Assembly: GCA_048498835.1 (NCBI GenBank)
Contig: JBEHXF010000006.1
Span: forward strand, 1-55,878
Direction of reading: 5' to 3'
Length of the DNA stretch: 55,878 nt
From: Chlamydiota bacterium
GTDB lineage: Bacteria > Chlamydiota > Chlamydiia > Chlamydiales > SM23-39
A program made the position numbers and the translations under genes. Positions 55,656-55,878 of this stretch are shown here, one piece after another; the stretch's first letter is position 1; each line of letters opens with the position of its first letter. The notes under the pieces are model-generated. The model had not been told where the DNA came from and did no database searches. It saw only the letters and a program-made list of their open reading frames with translations.

Positions 55656-55878
55656 TTAGTTTGTAAAGCTGGGTTTGGAGAGAAAGCTGAGGAGAAGAAG
55701 AGCGAAAAGACCGAGGAGGATGTAGCCCATGCAGCCGAAAGCGTCATTGAGGGCGAGAGAGGTGGCTTGGGTATTGAGGAGGATGTCGAGTTGCTCGGTG
55801 GCTTGGGGTTTTGTGAGGCCAAAGATTTGGGTCGCGCGGAAAGAAACGAGTCGGGACACAGTCCTCATTTCGAGTATT
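55656..55878 (-). CDS. C-terminal fragment of a probable DHA2/EmrB-type MFS transporter (runs off the window edge)
   Basis: QATSLALNDAF followed by a final TM helix. Confidence 0.55.
   Translation of the reverse strand, partial: ILEMRTVSRLVSFRATQIFGLTKPQATEQLDILLNTQATSLALNDAFGCMGYILLGLFALLLLSFLSKPSFTN

Overview
This 55.9 kb window is gene-dense bacterial DNA. It most likely comes from an environmental (non-Chlamydiaceae) member of the Chlamydiae or a similar intracellular lineage; this is inferred from the MOMP-like porin, the orphan effector-like ORFs and the many secreted glyco-enzymes. Ordinary content: a complete cytochrome bo3 oxidase operon (cyoABCDE), a beta-carbonic anhydrase, DoxX, PAP2, CsbD, a CPBP protease, a two-partner secretion pair (TpsB and filamentous haemagglutinin-type TpsA) and one tRNA(CAT). 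The most notable items are: (1) a 4.4 kb integrase-less island bounded by a 47-bp tRNA direct repeat, encoding a restriction-endonuclease-like protein whose C-terminus reads like an HK97 capsid fold and a CoiA-like nuclease, next to an AbiE-type toxin-antitoxin pair; (2) a translationally coupled RiPP-like operon (PqqD/RRE fused to a YxxP leader-like tail, HPr-kinase-like kinase, three glycosyltransferases, nucleotidyltransferase) with no lasso cyclase or protease; (3) a large set of nucleotide-sugar, glycosyl-, sulfo- and phosphotransferase enzymes that nearly all carry signal peptides; (4) an unannotated 57-aa Cys-rich lipoprotein directly behind tpsA; (5) effector-like proteins with NLS-like or mitochondrial-presequence-like signals; (6) a MITE-like palindromic element. 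All family calls come from reading motifs by eye; no database search was run.
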